NCBI GenBank assembly: GCA_013265495.1
Contig: MU058636.1
Span: forward strand, 7,890,295-7,954,294
Direction: 5' to 3'
Origin: Vicugna vicugna
Lineage: Eukaryota
Length of the DNA stretch: 64,000 bases
A model generated the notes under the pieces. That model was not told where the DNA came from and searched no databases. It was given only the letters and a program-made list of their open reading frames with translations. Positions 37,016 to 51,284 of this stretch are shown here, piece by piece (within the stretch, counting starts at the first letter, position 1; the number at the start of each line of letters is the position of its first letter). The translations under genes and the position numbers were made by a program.

Positions 37016-40000
37016 AAAGAACAAAGCCGGGCATCCATTATCTGTATTTCAAAGGAAAATTACCAAAATGGGCCACAAAGTGGCTTTGTTACAGAACTGA
37101 GACTGTCTCACTAGAGTGACATGCTCGGCTCACGACTAGTTAGTGGTGGAGTTTAAACATAGATTAGTCTCTTCACTCCCCTCCCCTGAATTCTGTGCGA
37201 ACATCTCTTAAGCTTCCGAGAGCAGAGAGAAGGCTGACCCTTTATGCTGCTGTATCAAGTTCTTCTCTAGCTGTTCCTCAACGGTGGAGAAAGGAAACAG
37301 GAAAGTGGAGGGTGGATGCCCCAGACTCCTCCGCTCACTAGGAAGAACGGAAGAGGGCAAACTTCAACAGAAGTGGGAGCAGATGCACCAAGAGCAGGGA
37401 AGAGGCGGAGAGGGATGTAGGGAGACTCATCCTTACCTGATCTGAGGATTCACCACCGTTTTCACAACTCGCTTCCTTCGCTCTGCATTAATCTTCTCTG
37501 GGGTCCTTTTCAGGACTAATTTTCAGTACCAGAGAACTGAATGCAGTCCTAAACACTTTTTTCTACACCAAATGTATGTCATATTATGGAGTCTTAATGA
37601 GATGCACTGTTATACATCAAGCCAAAAATAATGTTTGGTATAATTAGGATTTTTTTTCCAGCTACAGTTTTGGGGGTAATATGTAGTTACATCCCAAGAC
37701 TTACTAAAAAGACTAAACAATTTTTACTTTCCTGAAAAAAACATTAAATAAAAACTTCCATGTTTACTTAAAAACACGTAAGAGGGAAGGAAAACGAATT
37801 GTAAAGCACAAATAATATTTAGATCGTAAGAAAATAGGAACACTGCAGCTGTTTTGAAATAAGTTATAAAAAGCGATGATCTAATTAGAAAGCACCTGTC
37901 GGCGTACATGGTAGAAAAGCAACCCTTCTGCTACCTTTGCGGTTTTAGTGGAGCCAGTGTTGAGATTTGTCATGGAAAATAAGCATAGAGTTCAGGTATC
38001 AGGGGAGAATACAATGGTATTTTCCTCTTCTTTTATATTGCAATTATTTAGTTTTCATAGTAATCTTTATGGGGATGAGGAGGGTTGTAGGTGGAAATGA
38101 GGGTTGTTTCCAAGGAAATAAGTGCCTTGCAGCGTGTTCAATACAGGACAGAAGCCCTTCTCCCAATATGTACTCAACAAACCCATGTGGATATGTTCCT
38201 CACCTGAGGCACTTGGTTCTGGTTCTCTTTCTACACAGCAGAGACTGTTATACTGGCCAATCCTGTCCAAAGTCTATCCCTTGAGAATTACAAAGAATGC
38301 TCATAGATACTGCAAGCAGAACAAAATCTATCATTAAAAAGCACGAAAGCCCCTGGCTGAAAGAGAACGGTTTGTTTGCTACCAGTTTTGCAGAGTCCTT
38401 TTATATGCTGATGTGAATGGAGCCGCTCTGAGAAAGGGATCTAGTAACAAGTGTTTTCCAAATCCGGGGGCATCTTTTTTCCTCAAAGCACCTTGAGGGG
38501 TAGGGGGATGTGCTTCCCTCTCCACCTGTGTCAGAAAAACGCAACTCAAGCCCTTCTTAGCTCTAAGTCCTCAATGGAAATCAGTTCTCACATTACTCCC
38601 CTACATAAATTCTATCAGCAGTTTAAAATAGGGTATTTTAAGGCTCTAACACAAAATCCTGATTTGGACCTGTAAATCTGGCTCCTACCTAAATACGCAG
38701 ATCCTTCCCTTCATTCCCTCCGGTTAAGCCCCTCGAAGGCGCCCAGCCCTGTCTGGGTCATGCCTCCACTGCAGAGCCACCTGCTAGCCCAGGAAAGGCC
38801 CCTCAGGGTGCCCTGGCCTGGCTGACATCACTCCGCCCACCCGTGGGTCTGGGCTTCTGGTGCCGGTGTTTTGGTGCCACAGTAAACACAAGAGTTCACT
38901 TCTGCTTCACAGGTACTGCATAGGTGTTTGTTGAAGAAATGGATGGTTGGATGAAGAGTTTGCACCTAACAAGTGATGGGGATGGGGAAGGGAGGAGTTG
39001 AATGTCAACAGAAAGCTAAAGAACGCTCTGTTGTTTAACTCCTGTTTTTCCATGTAATCTATATGCAGCCTACTTGAATCACCAAGAAACTGGCCAAAAC
39101 CCTACCCATTTATGGTAAAGAGAAAATTTCACTTTTATTTTTAACTATATTAGACATATAAACACCCTACAGCATAAAATCTACACACATGTACTCTTCC
39201 ACCCACCCGTGAGTCACTCTTCCATGATTCTCCTTTTCTATTACTACTAGATTCCCTTTCCTGACATTTGAGGACTCTAATTAGCAAGAGGCTGATTTTT
39301 TTTCCAGCATTTTTTTGCTTAGGGGAAGGGAAAAGAATGATTCCAAACAAATATCAGACCGTTGTAGAGTGGTGCATTTGCCTTATGAAGCCAGGCATAC
39401 AGTTCTGAATGGGTATTCAGGGTTCAGGACTTAAGAACTGGGATATTGCTCTATGCAAATGAACTAATGTCACCAACGATCCGTGACTCCAGAACTGAAC
39501 GCCAGCTTCATCACTGCACTCACTGCGGCCTCAACTGAGCTGCCAACACCACTCCTGAAGTGTTAATGGATTTTCCTGCTTTTCTGCACAAGTACAATGG
39601 CAAGGCTGTGTGCTAAAACTTCCAATTAGTAAGAGGGAAGAACAAAATGTGATAATTTTCTGAAATCATAAACTAGGATGTTTACTCTTCTCTTCCTCAT
39701 CCTATTTTGTTTCCTTCTTCAGTTCAGTAGAGTCTCAGTCAAATTTAAGACATGTCTTAACTTTCTATTTATATGGATTATAGTAATCAGAATCAGGGCT
39801 GCATTTAGGCACAGGGAAAGTCATCATTTCTTTGGTGTGAATCACCTACATGGTGTGCTTCCCTTCTCAAAAGTAGTACCACTCCCACTTGTTCTGAAAG
39901 CCTGAAAAATTAGAAGCTGGAGCTTAAGACAAGGCCTGTCTTCTTGGAGAAGTCTGTCAGGTGTGGCCTTATGTATTATAATGCTTTAAATTAAAATTAC

Positions 40001-40672
40001 ATTTGACCCATATCTACACACACACAGAGTCACACAAGTAGGAAGGCACGAGATTAAAGGGTTAAATTGTTTTGGAAAAATAAAACTGTGCCCCTAAAGA
40101 CTACTTTATAGTTTTGTTTAGTGATAGAAGTGGTTTGATTTTTATATCTATGTAAACAATACATATACATATGTATATGTAATTCATTTTTGCCTGACAA
40201 TTTAATCTGTCATTGTACTGAACATTCCATAAATATTTAGTGAACTGAATAAATCAATAGTTTGACACCAACAAGAATTTAAATTTTTTTAAAAAAGGAA
40301 GCAAAATCAGAACATTTTTCTGCAAAAGAATCAAATGTGTCAGAAATTTTGATTCACTGTGGCTTAGAAAGATAAGCGCCAGAGTAATGAGATGAGTGTG
40401 TCCTGACCCTGGGATAATGCAGGCAAACTGCACTGATCGAAGCAGGTTTGGTTTGATTCTGCTCTGAACATGTAGGCAGTGCCAAGGCTGGTTTATCTGA
40501 CACCATCTCTTTATACTAGCTATCAAACAGAGCATTGAGTTAGGTATGATCTTTGCTTTGTGTACACTGATTTTACATTAGTTCTCTCTTTCTACAGGAC
40601 CAATCCTGAGGCAAACCAAAATATTTCCAGTTGAAAACATCACTCACAGCATTAAGGATACTTACTCAAAGA

Positions 40673-40805
40673 TGTTACGGTAGATGGAAAAAAATGGCTT
40701 CCTAAAAGATATCCATGTCCTAATCCCTGGAACCTGTGAATGTTACCTTACTTGGAAAAAATGCCTTTGCAGATGTGATTAAATTAAGGATCTTGAGATG
40801 GAAAG
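40673..40805 (+). mobile_element. MLT1D-like MaLR LTR 5' fragment
   Basis: aaagatatccatgtcctaatccctggaacctgtgaatgttaccttacttggaaaaa...tttgcagatgtgattaaattaaggatcttgagatgg. Confidence 0.85.
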
Positions 40806-42749
40806 CACTACAACTGCTGGTGAGATCAGTGCCAGCGGACTGACGTGAAAAGGCCAGTCACAGGGAGCGGAGGTGTGAATGGGAGGAGAGGAGACGGAGA
40901 CAGAAAGAATAAACTGCTCTTCCAAGATGCTGATGGTAATGAGAGAAAGACAGTGGAAGGTGAGGGGACCAAGGATCAAAAGACCCTCTTAAGCTGTCAT
41001 ATGTGAATGTGTTTATACCTTAAAGGTAAATAGCCAGCCCAGGGCAGAGTTTAAAGATGTAGGTGCTTGTAACTGTAGAGGAAGGTATACACTTGCCAGG
41101 GGAAAATTCCTGAAGGAGCTGGAGGGGATGAGATGGAGCCCAGGGAAAGGGGTTGATCCTGGGCAGATGAACACAGGCTCAGATGAACACGGGCTCAAGA
41201 GAAGGCAAGCAAGAATGGGGCAAATAGCCAATCAGAAAGGAGGAAGTTGGAGTGGCTCCACCTGGAATATCTCTTCTCTCTGTTTCCCAGGGATATAGAC
41301 TAGTGGTATATTAGAAATAAAGAAGGTTACTGGGTTTAACAATTGGAAGGTCATTTGTGACCTATGCAAGAAAAGTTTAAGTGCTTCATTGAGCCAGTAG
41401 ATATCTATCATCTTGGTGAATGGAGCACTAGACAAGAAGTCCTGACACAGGAGTCCTAGACTCTAGATTTAGCTCTTCACCAAATTAGCTCTTCATAAGT
41501 GAAGGCAACTTTTTGGGGACCTATTTCCAAAATGAAAGCATTGGATGAAACAATGACTACATGGTTGTGTCCAACACTCACAATTTATTTATCTACTATA
41601 TACAAGGCACAGGGCTGGCCATATTACAAAATATAAAGATGAAATAAGAGGCAGAGATTGAGCCCTTAAAGGCATCATCGCCTCCAAAAACAAATTATTA
41701 CTAGTACAAAGTCATCTTAGAGTGTTCCTTCCAGGGTCAAGGTTAGCTGACAGGGGAAAAGCACTGAAATTTATATTTGAAGGGAAACTATGTGCCTGAT
41801 TTCTGATATGATTCTTCAAACTCTTCAGTGTCAAACTTGGACTGAAAATTTCAAGACCTTTGACCACCTAACAAAGTTATTTCTCGAATATGAAAAATCT
41901 GAGGAAAGAATGAACCACAGATTTAGCGGTCATACTAAGTGAAAATATTTGTCATTGATTTGAATACGATGGCTGTATTCTGAGTCTGTCCTGTGGGATG
42001 TTTAGCACAATACGCTAGATGGAAAGTTGTGATTGCACTTGTTATATTTTTTAAGACAAAATAGATCTGCCAACTCCTGAGCTAAAAGAACAGAAAATAT
42101 AGGCACACATAATGTAGACTGTAGAAATTTGATATAAAAAATGTATTATGTGGTCTGATACATCTTCCCGTCAACACGTTCATTATAATGCGTTCTTTTG
42201 TTCTATTCAGAATTCCTAGCTGTCTGTTTGTACATTGATTTTACACCTCCCACCACAAAGCTTCGTAACATTGACAGGCATCTTCCCCTACTCTAAAATG
42301 ATGCAGTACGAGGAGGAGGACGTTTCTATTGCTTTTATCTTTATAGAAATGCTCCCATGGTTAATTTGTTCAGCTCCAAGTCTTTGGTATCTTGCCACTC
42401 TTTTTGAATATACTGATGTCTAGACTGAGCTCCCTCTCCCAAAAGGGATCCTTAATATAGCTCTGATTAGATTGCAAGTGCAACCAATTAAGCTTTTTGT
42501 AGGAGTATAGATTATTAATCCAGAGGTGTGTCTCTACCATTCCAGTACATTGTCAAGACCAAATCACCCACTATCAGCAACTAATTCTCCATTGTGGTAA
42601 ATTAGTTTGTGGTCACCTACCTCCTCCCCTCCCTGAAGCCCCTGCTTCTATGTCTAATGTCCCTGAGCTCCTCCCTAAGGGGATGGAGTTGCTTTCTTCT
42701 TTCACTTCCAGCACATGATTGTGTTGCAGGAGAGGCAGCTGGGCAACCA

Positions 42750-42950
42750 GCTGACTGCAGAAGTTAGACTTCTGAAGACCTGACTGCAAGCCCTTCCCCT
42801 GCCACTTATCAGGCTGTGTTTAGCAAGGACTTAATTAGAAGCTCAATTTTTCCCTCTGTAAAAGAAAGATTAATAAAAACCCTCCTCCTGGTCTACATCA
42901 TGGGGTTGCTGGGAAGAAGAAAAGGAAATAGCGGACACGAGAGCGTCTTA
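42750..42950 (+). mobile_element. MIR SINE
   Basis: ctgccacttatcaggctgtg...gctcaattttttccctctgtaaaag...ggggttgctgggaaga. Confidence 0.65.
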
Positions 42951-44049
42951 GATTCCACTCTATGACTTGACTAGCTATGCGGAGAAGGTAAAGACAAGCC
43001 ATCTGAGCGCTGCCCTCCCAAACAAGGCCAGACCTTTCCTTCTGCTCCCTGATCTACCTGGTACTACAGGGAGCCCTTACAGCTGCTGCTCTGTCTGGAA
43101 TGCACGCCCCCTGTGAGCCAGACCACGAGTGAATACCCTCAGGAGATGAATGGAGGCAGGTATCAGGCACCAGCCCTGCTTCCTATAATGCTGTCCTTAC
43201 CTCTAGGGGTCTCAAGGCAGGGCACTTCGGCTAAGTGGAGTTGTTGGGTTTGTTTGTTTGTTTGTTTGTTTTAGTAGTATTTTCAAATCTCTATTCTGGA
43301 GCCTTAGTTTTCAGAATTCAAAAGTCAGAACAATAGTCATTTTATAGAGATGTTTATCTTCAAATTAACAAAACAGACACTGTTCAACAAGGAATCATTG
43401 GTGTTCAAATCAAACAAAAATATGACATTTAAATATGTCCCTAAATGATCAAAGGACTCCTGTTTTGTCAAATGTGTTTATTAAGTCAGTGCACAGCTCC
43501 ATCCCATCTGGGGATCAGATAGGAAGCCAAACCCCGTCCAAGAGTAGTAGAGCAGGACAGAGTACATTCTGGAACTGTTTTTCTCCCAAAAGGTCACTGT
43601 TCTTACTTCTACAGAACCTGATGAGCTTCAGTTAAAAATCCTGAAGTAAATTTTAAAATATCCTGGACCCACATAGTTATCTATCCCCATAGTCAAATTG
43701 GGATTCCAAGGATAGACATCAGTCTCCTGTATTAGTCAAGGTCAGTTCAGATTGTGTATCTACTGCTGGAGTAAAAGACTCTGACCATCAGAACTTGAGA
43801 AAATAGCACCCAGTATCACCAACGGGAATTGCTCTGCTATGAGTAAGTCTCACTTCCAAAGGAAGAGCTCTCACCTCAGAAATCAATGATTGTTTAAAAA
43901 AATTATTCTATATTAATCTTTTCTTATAAGTAATGCATCTTATGATACCACATTACAATAGCCAATCATTTCTTTTAAAAAGTATTTTTACTTCCTCAAC
44001 TTCATTTTACCATATAATTAAAAATAAATGGTATTCAGTTGTGAACAAT

Positions 44050-44260
44050 ATTGTCCACATATTATCTCATTTGATTCTCAGATTACTGTCCTATCTTGCA
44101 GATGAGGAATCAGGTTCATAGAACAATGCTGGTGCAAAACAGGCATCTACTGAATGAATAAATCAATGAATCAATCAATCAATCAATCAATTGATTTTAA
44201 GTGACTTGCCCAAGCTTGAACAGCTAGAAAAATTGCACTTGTGCCTATAATTTTGGGTCA
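44050..44260 (-). mobile_element. MIR split by an L2-tail-like segment with (AATC)n
   Basis: cctatcttgcagatgaggaatcaggttcataga ... [gaatgaataaatcaatgaatcaatcaatcaatc] ... ttaagtgacttgcccaag. Confidence 0.6.
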
Positions 44261-46312
44261 CTGTTCTTTCCGCTGCATCACACCCTCTCTGCTGTTGCTA
44301 ATGCAAGAAAGGTTTAAGCTAACTGTTACATCAAAGATAGACTTAGAAGTACCTTATTACACTTCCTTTCAAGAACATGTGAATGTTGATTCCAAAGCCC
44401 AAGGAAATATACTGAAATGGTGTTCATGATGATTAAGAACTGGAAATTCTCGTCCTTCCTCTCTTCCTTGGATATGCTCCAAAGAAGGTTTAAATTTTAC
44501 GTTTCGAAACAGATTGTTCCCTTGTTCCATTCCTCGAACTTTCCCCGTTGTTGAGAATCCAAATAAATCACGTGTAGTTATGCCGTTGTGGGCTTGGGAG
44601 GAGTAGGGGGAATGTAATTTGGCAAAAGTTGCTTTAGAAATCAGCCAGATATCTTACATAGATTGTGCATCCCCTTTCAGTACGACCTCGTGTAGGAGGG
44701 GAAATAGAACAATCACAGAATAAAGAGAGTTCATTCTCCTCACCACAGAGCAAAGTTTCTTCAAAACTCCATAGGCCTCTTGCGAGGACTCCTTTATCAG
44801 ACAGAGACAGAATGGAGTATATGGCAGGACAAAAAATAGACTTGCCACGACAGGGGCCAGAAGTCCAGGTGTAAGCTCTTTCCACAATATTTTAAGTATA
44901 ATCACCAAGCAAGCTCGGGGTAAACATCAAAGTGGGAAAGTGTACACCTTAGTCCCCATCACATATCTTTCACAAAATAACGACCCATTTCCTCCCATGC
45001 TAAGGACAGGAGAAGCCAGACAGCACTGCATTACCTGATGAGATCACACCAGAAGAACATACCCGATTTATTGACTGGTGTTAAAAGGCATATGTATGAT
45101 TTTACCCTATGAAAGGAGAAACATTCAACAACCTGTGTGTGCTATATTCGTTTTTAAACCAATACGGTGCTGAGATCAGTTCTCAAGTTTTTATGACCCA
45201 CATTTATAGACTCAGGAAGGATAAGGACTCACAGCCAATTCCTGAAACATTTACTGGTACCACTTGAGAATGAAGGAATCATCATGGCAGTGAGGGACAT
45301 GAAACATAATGGGTCAAATGGGATATTAACAAGCCCTAACTATGACCTTGGTTTTCCTTAACCAGTCACCAAACAAGCTGGAGCCATCGCAGTGCCGTGG
45401 ACCATGTGTGTTGTGCCATTTTTGTTCTTATGGACGTTATTAAAGACATTCAAGAGTGGAAATGTATGATGCCTTAATTCTGTCAAAGAATTTATTTAAA
45501 AATGTATCCTCCATCCCACCCATCCTTCCCCAGTAAAACACAGAGAAGCACGGCATACCTCTGTTGCTCTCTTCCACGTGAAGCTGCCCTGAGGACCACG
45601 GAGACTTGGGCTGTGCACACACTTTCCCGTAAGGGGGCGATGTGCTGGGAAGATGCAGGAGAATCACAGGCTTATGCAGTCTCCAGCTGCGGTTCTCTTT
45701 GGCAGCCTCCCGGATTGGGTGTGTGCAGCCCTGCAGTAAATGAATGAAGGGAAAGAGTCAAGTCTCGAACTGATCTTCGCTGCCAAATGGAGTCTTATCC
45801 CCACGCCCCCACAAAAGGAATGGCATCATGCTTAAAACTGATTCATCCTTTATTTTTAAAATATTAATGCTGCTTCTCAAAATTGTGAACATTTATTTTT
45901 AGAGGTCCAAATCAGAGATTAACTCAAATAGCTTCCAACATAAACAAAGGTAAAGTATGCTACGACCTAACAGAGAAAAATTTTTAAAGAAACTACTTGG
46001 GCAATGGATTGCCTCGGTTATTGTTATTTTCTGACTAATTGAAAATTTAGCAGAAAGGACTCTGTCTAAATGCTTGTTGTTTTATTTACTTCTACACTGT
46101 ATTAGACGTTTTCCTACCTTACCAAGTATGACATATTAAAACTGCTCCTATAAGTTTACAAAGTTCACAGGAAGAGCAAGGAGATGGTACCCATGGTATT
46201 ATACACGGTGTTAGGGGAGGGTAGACTGGAAGTAAAGGATGCCCATCAAACTCAAAGAGGGTGAGAGTGTGGGGAGAAGAAGAGAGAGAGAGGGTCTCCA
46301 TGCTTCTAAGAC

Positions 46313-46445
46313 AGGGTTCTTAACCTTTTTATGGCCACAAACTCCTTAAATTATCTGATAAAATACGAATCCTTTCCCTGCCAAGTTGTATACACAGACA
46401 AAATTTTGCATACAATTCCACCTGCAGCTACCCATGGAACCTGGG
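46313..46445. mobile_element. Old hAT-Charlie MITE
   Basis: cagggttcttaacctttttatggcca...acaaaattttgcatacaattcc...cccatggaacctgg. Confidence 0.5.
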
Positions 46446-46457
46446 TCATTTATTCTT

Positions 46458-46593
46458 TTTGTTGCTGTTGTTTAAGGCAGGAGTAGGTAATTAGGTTTAT
46501 TTATTTAAAAAAAAATTAATGGAGGTACTGGGGATTGAACCCAGGACCTCGTGCTCGCTAAGCACACACTCTACCACTGAGCTATACCCTCCC
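46458..46593 (-). mobile_element. Camelid tRNA-derived SINE (vic-1 type) with TSD
   Basis: Minus strand GGGAGGGTATAGCTCAGTGGTAGAG...GGTCCTGGGTTCAATCCCCAGTACCTCCA (A and B boxes), then AAATAAATAAACCTAATTACC tail. TSD GGGTCAT(T/G)TATTCTT at 46443-46457 and 46598-46612. Confidence 0.9.
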
Positions 46594-47479
46594 ACAAGGG
46601 TCATGTATTCTTAACTCTTGAAGTTCCTTCACTTGCCAAATGTATAAAAACTAATTTATTTCTTTACTTTCCTATTTCTCCAAGGGGAGACATACAGGGA
46701 AAAAAAATTCTTATCCAAACTTCTAATTGATAAGGAATTACTTTTAGCCTTACGTTTATCTACTTATTTTTCTTAACAAAGTATTTATTCAAATTTGCTT
46801 TTTAAATTCCTCCAATACCCTAAGAAGCAGGTGGGGAATGTGGTGTTATTCATATATATATCTTTTCCAGTATAGGTCATTAAAAGATATTGAATATAAT
46901 TCCCTATAATATAGGATCTTGTTTTAAATATACCTTAATGTGTTTATTTTTTTCTTTATGCCATATAATATTTATTATTTACTTTAAAATATATAAGTAT
47001 TATAATGTGAAAATGTCTGTAAATATTTGGGTAAAATATTAAACCTATGACATTAAAAACTATATAAAGTTTCATGATAAAAAAAAACCCAGACCAGAAG
47101 AAGTTAGATCCCTTGCTTCACATGATTCCTGAACTTTATAGGAATGAACAAGATGAGGTGAATCAAATCCAAGGAGTCAGGACTGGTCCTGGTCTCTGGG
47201 GACAGTGGGTGCTGAAGTAATGGGCTAGATCATAAGCAAGAGCGCAGCTCTCTTTCTTGCACACAGCAGACCAAACAGATAGAAGGCAGCATTGGACAGG
47301 AAACTGCACAATGGGTTAAGGAAAAGAGGGAAAGTTCAGGGAACACTTGGGCTGGAGTTGGGGGAATAGAGGTGTAGGAAAGACAGTGTAGAAAATTGAT
47401 GAAGAGGAAGAGAACTGAAGAAAAAAAAGAGAAATGTTATGAAGAAGTAATACAGTATGGCTTTAGGATTTATTGTTTA

Positions 47480-48010
47480 TGGGAGTGAGAAGAAAGGAAA
47501 AGGGAACAGACTGATGATTTCCAGGTTTTTAATTCCATGGAATAGGTATATGCCAACAACTCTGAAAGGAGATACAGAGTAGAGGTGCGTTTGTAGGGGA
47601 GGAGGAAGAATTTAGTTTGGGATATGCTTGAGTGGCCATGGGACACCCATGGAGGGACAAAGATCTGAGAGGAGAGTGTAGGAGTCCAATACCTGAAGGA
47701 AAGGGGAGCTGAAGATACTTGGGAGTCACCAGCATCCACGTGTACATTAGAGCTATAAGAGCAGAAGAGCAACCAGAGAGTATGGACAGAAGAGAGAAAG
47801 GTTGCGGGCGGAAGTCTTGGGAATACCATAGAAAGGCCCGCAACAGAAATGGTAATGGAGGCCAAGACATTAGAAAAACCAAGGAAGTGGCCTAAGGGGA
47901 AACAGAATTTCAGGAAGAAGAAATTCACATTCCATAGACAGGACTGGTAAGCAAAGGACTGGAAAGAATCCTTTGAATTTAGCAATTAAGAAATCATCGG
48001 GAAACCAAAT
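47480..48010 (-). mobile_element. L2 fragment
   Basis: gatgatttccaggttttt...gaatttagtttgggatatgcttgag...ttgggagtcaccagcatc...tttgaatttagcaattaagaaatcatcg. Confidence 0.75.
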
Positions 48011-48934
48011 GAGGGCAGATGGACAGTGTCTGGAAAGTTGGAGTTTAAGATATTTGAAATGGAAAATTCCAATGATGACAAAATCCAGCAGGGAGAGGGG
48101 TAATGCCTAAAGAAGGCGCTGAAATGGAAAGAAAGTAAAGATCAACAGAGTTAAGGTCACAGGACAGAAAACTAGATGTGTGGCTGCAGTTTCCCATGAT
48201 GGCTGTTTGTGTAGCTGGGAATCACTGAGTGAAGCACCCAAGTCCCCAGAGGATGGTGTAGATGACCGGCCACCTGTTAAAAGGGTGAGGAGGGAGGAAT
48301 GGAGGGTCTTGTGGTCACGTTCAAGCATTAAAAGAGGACAGGTCTTGACATGAGGAGGGGCATAAAATAATGGGAATCAGCAAAGGGGGAGCTTGGCTGA
48401 TGCTGAACAACCCCACTCTCCACCACCAGCAGCAAGCCTGAAATATCAGGTGTGGGAGAATGGGTCCTCCCCATTGGAAAGGGCTGGAGGAGATATGGTG
48501 TCTTGTAGGAAGGGAGAGTGAAAGGAACGTCCTTTGAAGGTATTAAAGAAAAAGAGGGGGTTCCTTAAAATAGAACATGATTCCCAAGTACCCAGGTGGA
48601 AGGACCGAGGGCCAAGGAAGTGTGAGAGGCAGAGGGACAGGGTGCTGAGCTGAAGAGTGGATGGCACGTACAGAAGAGACGGCAGGTGATGGGGATGCGA
48701 TGTGCAGGAACTGGACAGGAAGCAGGGAGGGAACTGACGGACCTCAGGCACAGGCTGTGTGGGTGTCTGAATGGACCTGGCATCCCACATGGAATGGACC
48801 TGGATGGCGGGGGAGGGATGGGTTGTGCCTCCTAGTTTCCTGGCTAAGTTTCTTTGCTTCCTCGGAGGAAATGATTAGGAGAAGTGAGATTTAGCAATTG
48901 AGAGTTTCATCCTTAGGATATGACAGCTAAAAAA

Positions 48935-49387
48935 TGTTGCTCTTCATCCTGCTGTACAGGGATTGAGTCATTAGCCACTATAGCCGATGACCTTTAACAC
49001 ACCTGGAAAGGAGTTCAGGGTGCAGATCAGGAATGAGGCACTTTGCATTCTGGGAAAACTGGCAGAACAGGCCTTCAGATAGTTAGATATTATCAGGAGA
49101 AATTTTTATGAACCTAGATTTTTGCATCTTCTCATGCTCAAAAAAGCGTTAGGACAATTAACCAGGATCACTGTTCCTTGGTGACTACCAGCAGTTCTAC
49201 CAAGATGCGCACCTGGTTGTATGTACCCACTTCTCCAAAATCACACACACACTGACCTCCCCCCTTACCTCTTTGGAACAGTTCCTCAGGGCTCTCTGAG
49301 AGGCTGTCTCCTGGGCTACCATCCTCAGTAAGACACTGAGTAAATGCCACTCACAGATTTTATGTTGTGCATTTCTTTAAGTCAACA
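48935..49387 (+). mobile_element. ERV1-class solo LTR
   Basis: TGTTG...CAACA termini, ~450 bp. Contains ccttacctctttggaacagttcctcagggctctctgagaggctgtctcctgggcta and a poly(A)-signal-like AGTAAA. TSD not evident. Confidence 0.75.
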
Positions 49388-49964
49388 GATGGTTAAGTGA
49401 AGAATGGTATAAACAGAGACCAGGATTCCATCTCAGTATTTGCTACATCCTTTCTGTCCCCTCAGGGTTATTTTTTTCCCATTGAATCACTATCATGTTA
49501 TCTTTTCCTAATATTAGTTTTCCTTTGCCAACTTGGTTTCTTTGAAGACAGTGGAAGAGAGATCAAATATCCCATCTTGATGCCCAGAAGCCAAGGAACA
49601 GTAATTGACAGGGGTGGAGAGGGGGAGGTCAGTGAGTGCCTAAGTCAGAGGCTCAGATGGGGAGATGTCCTCACTAGAGGAGGTGCTTGCTTTCTTCCTT
49701 CAGTGCAAGTTTTTCCTACTTGGAACAGGGCAAGAAGGGTCAAGAGAAAGTTCTTACTACGCTTAGCGTCCCATTTGCTCTTTTTCATCTAGCCCCCTCC
49801 TTCTAGAGCCCTCAACAGTCTCATCCATTGTCTCCCTCTCTTCACACATTCCTTCATATTCTTTGAGTATATTTGCCTGGGCAAAGCCCTGAGCTTGGTG
49901 CTGAAAGGGGCATAGAAAAATGTCCCTAGTGTGAAGGGGCAATGACAGCTTAGAGGCAGTTTGG

Positions 49965-50150
49965 GGGAGAGAGCCCTGGAGATGGAGTCAGAAGGCCTGG
50001 GTCTGAGCACTAGCTATTCTATTTAGTAATTGTGTGCTTTTGGACAAGATACCTAACCTGATTACCCAGTAGAGATAATAATACTTACTACAGAACATTT
50101 TTATGACAATTAAATGGGATATGTCAAAGTGCTTTTGAGATGATAAAACC
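49965..50150 (+). mobile_element. MIR SINE
   Basis: gagccctggagatggagtcagaaggcctgggtctgagc...tttatgacaattaaatgggatatgtcaaagtgcttt. Confidence 0.7.
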
Positions 50151-51284
50151 CCATATTATGGACTATGGCAAGTCGAGTGAGAAAGATCCAAATAGAGTGG
50201 TTTGGACATTCATAGGCGAGAGCACAGCCCCACCTCAAGTTACAGCTGATACTCTCCATATGCTTTTACTATTTATAACAGATATAAATCACAGCTCCAC
50301 ATAAACACTCCCAGGATTTCTTCTCAGGTAAAGTAGGCCAACAGTCTGCTCGATGGTATTTTGAAAGCTAAAATTGTAAGTCACAAATACTTATTCTTTA
50401 TTCCTAGTAAAGGGCTTAAATCAGGCAAGATGCAAGTGGATAATTTTATGGATTGAATCACAGGATAGATGGACAGAAAACTTCCCACAGAGACAGAAAA
50501 TTCTTGTATATCTTTAGTTTCCAAGAACTTCTGGTGGTGATCGTATACAAGTCATTGTGAATGAGAGCTGAACTTTTTTTCACGTACTGCTATCTTAAAA
50601 CCCCTTATACTGGTTCTAAAGTTCTTTCCAACCCCCCAAATCTGAATACATGAATAATTTTTGAATTGCAGCAAGTTTTCACACTTGTGAGTAAAAGCCA
50701 ACTCCATTACTATTTTATAATCTGAACAAAATTGTAAAGGAATGCTGATTCCAGTCCAAGAAAGGCATTTTATCTGAATTGCTTGGAACACTCCTTATTC
50801 ATACTTGTGAATCATGGGTGCAAAAACACAGACACAAAATCTGTCAGAAAATGTGAATATCTTTAGAAACACCTTTATGTGAGAAATCATTAATATAAGA
50901 TGGTGAGGTATGAAGTAAAATGAACTGCGTAGCTAACTGCATAAGCAGACATTACTCTCAAAGCAACCTATGAAGGATTTGCATTTATTTAAATGAAAGC
51001 AACAACTGCTAACATGTATTGAATTTTCACTTTGTAGTAAGTATAGTTATTGCCATTAGACCATATCAGTTCACTTAATCCTCACAACAACCCTATGGGT
51101 TTGAGAAACCAAGCTGTCTTCCGCAGCAACTACGCCATTTCTTAAAAACTTCCTTTTAATGTATGTAATTTGAAATTTTTAAATAATGCAAAAGTATTTT
51201 GATATTATAATACTAACATAGCGCTTGATTAAAGACCTGCAAATCTTTGTAGTAACACAATAAGTTAAAAAATTACCTCAGAAG

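Noticed and set aside
46520..46593. tRNA gene
   Set aside because: The tRNA-like head is followed by a SINE tail and flanked by a TSD, and the anticodon region is degenerate; it is a SINE.
47470..47985. 171-aa ORF on minus strand
   Set aside because: Lies within a decayed L2 element; not a gene.
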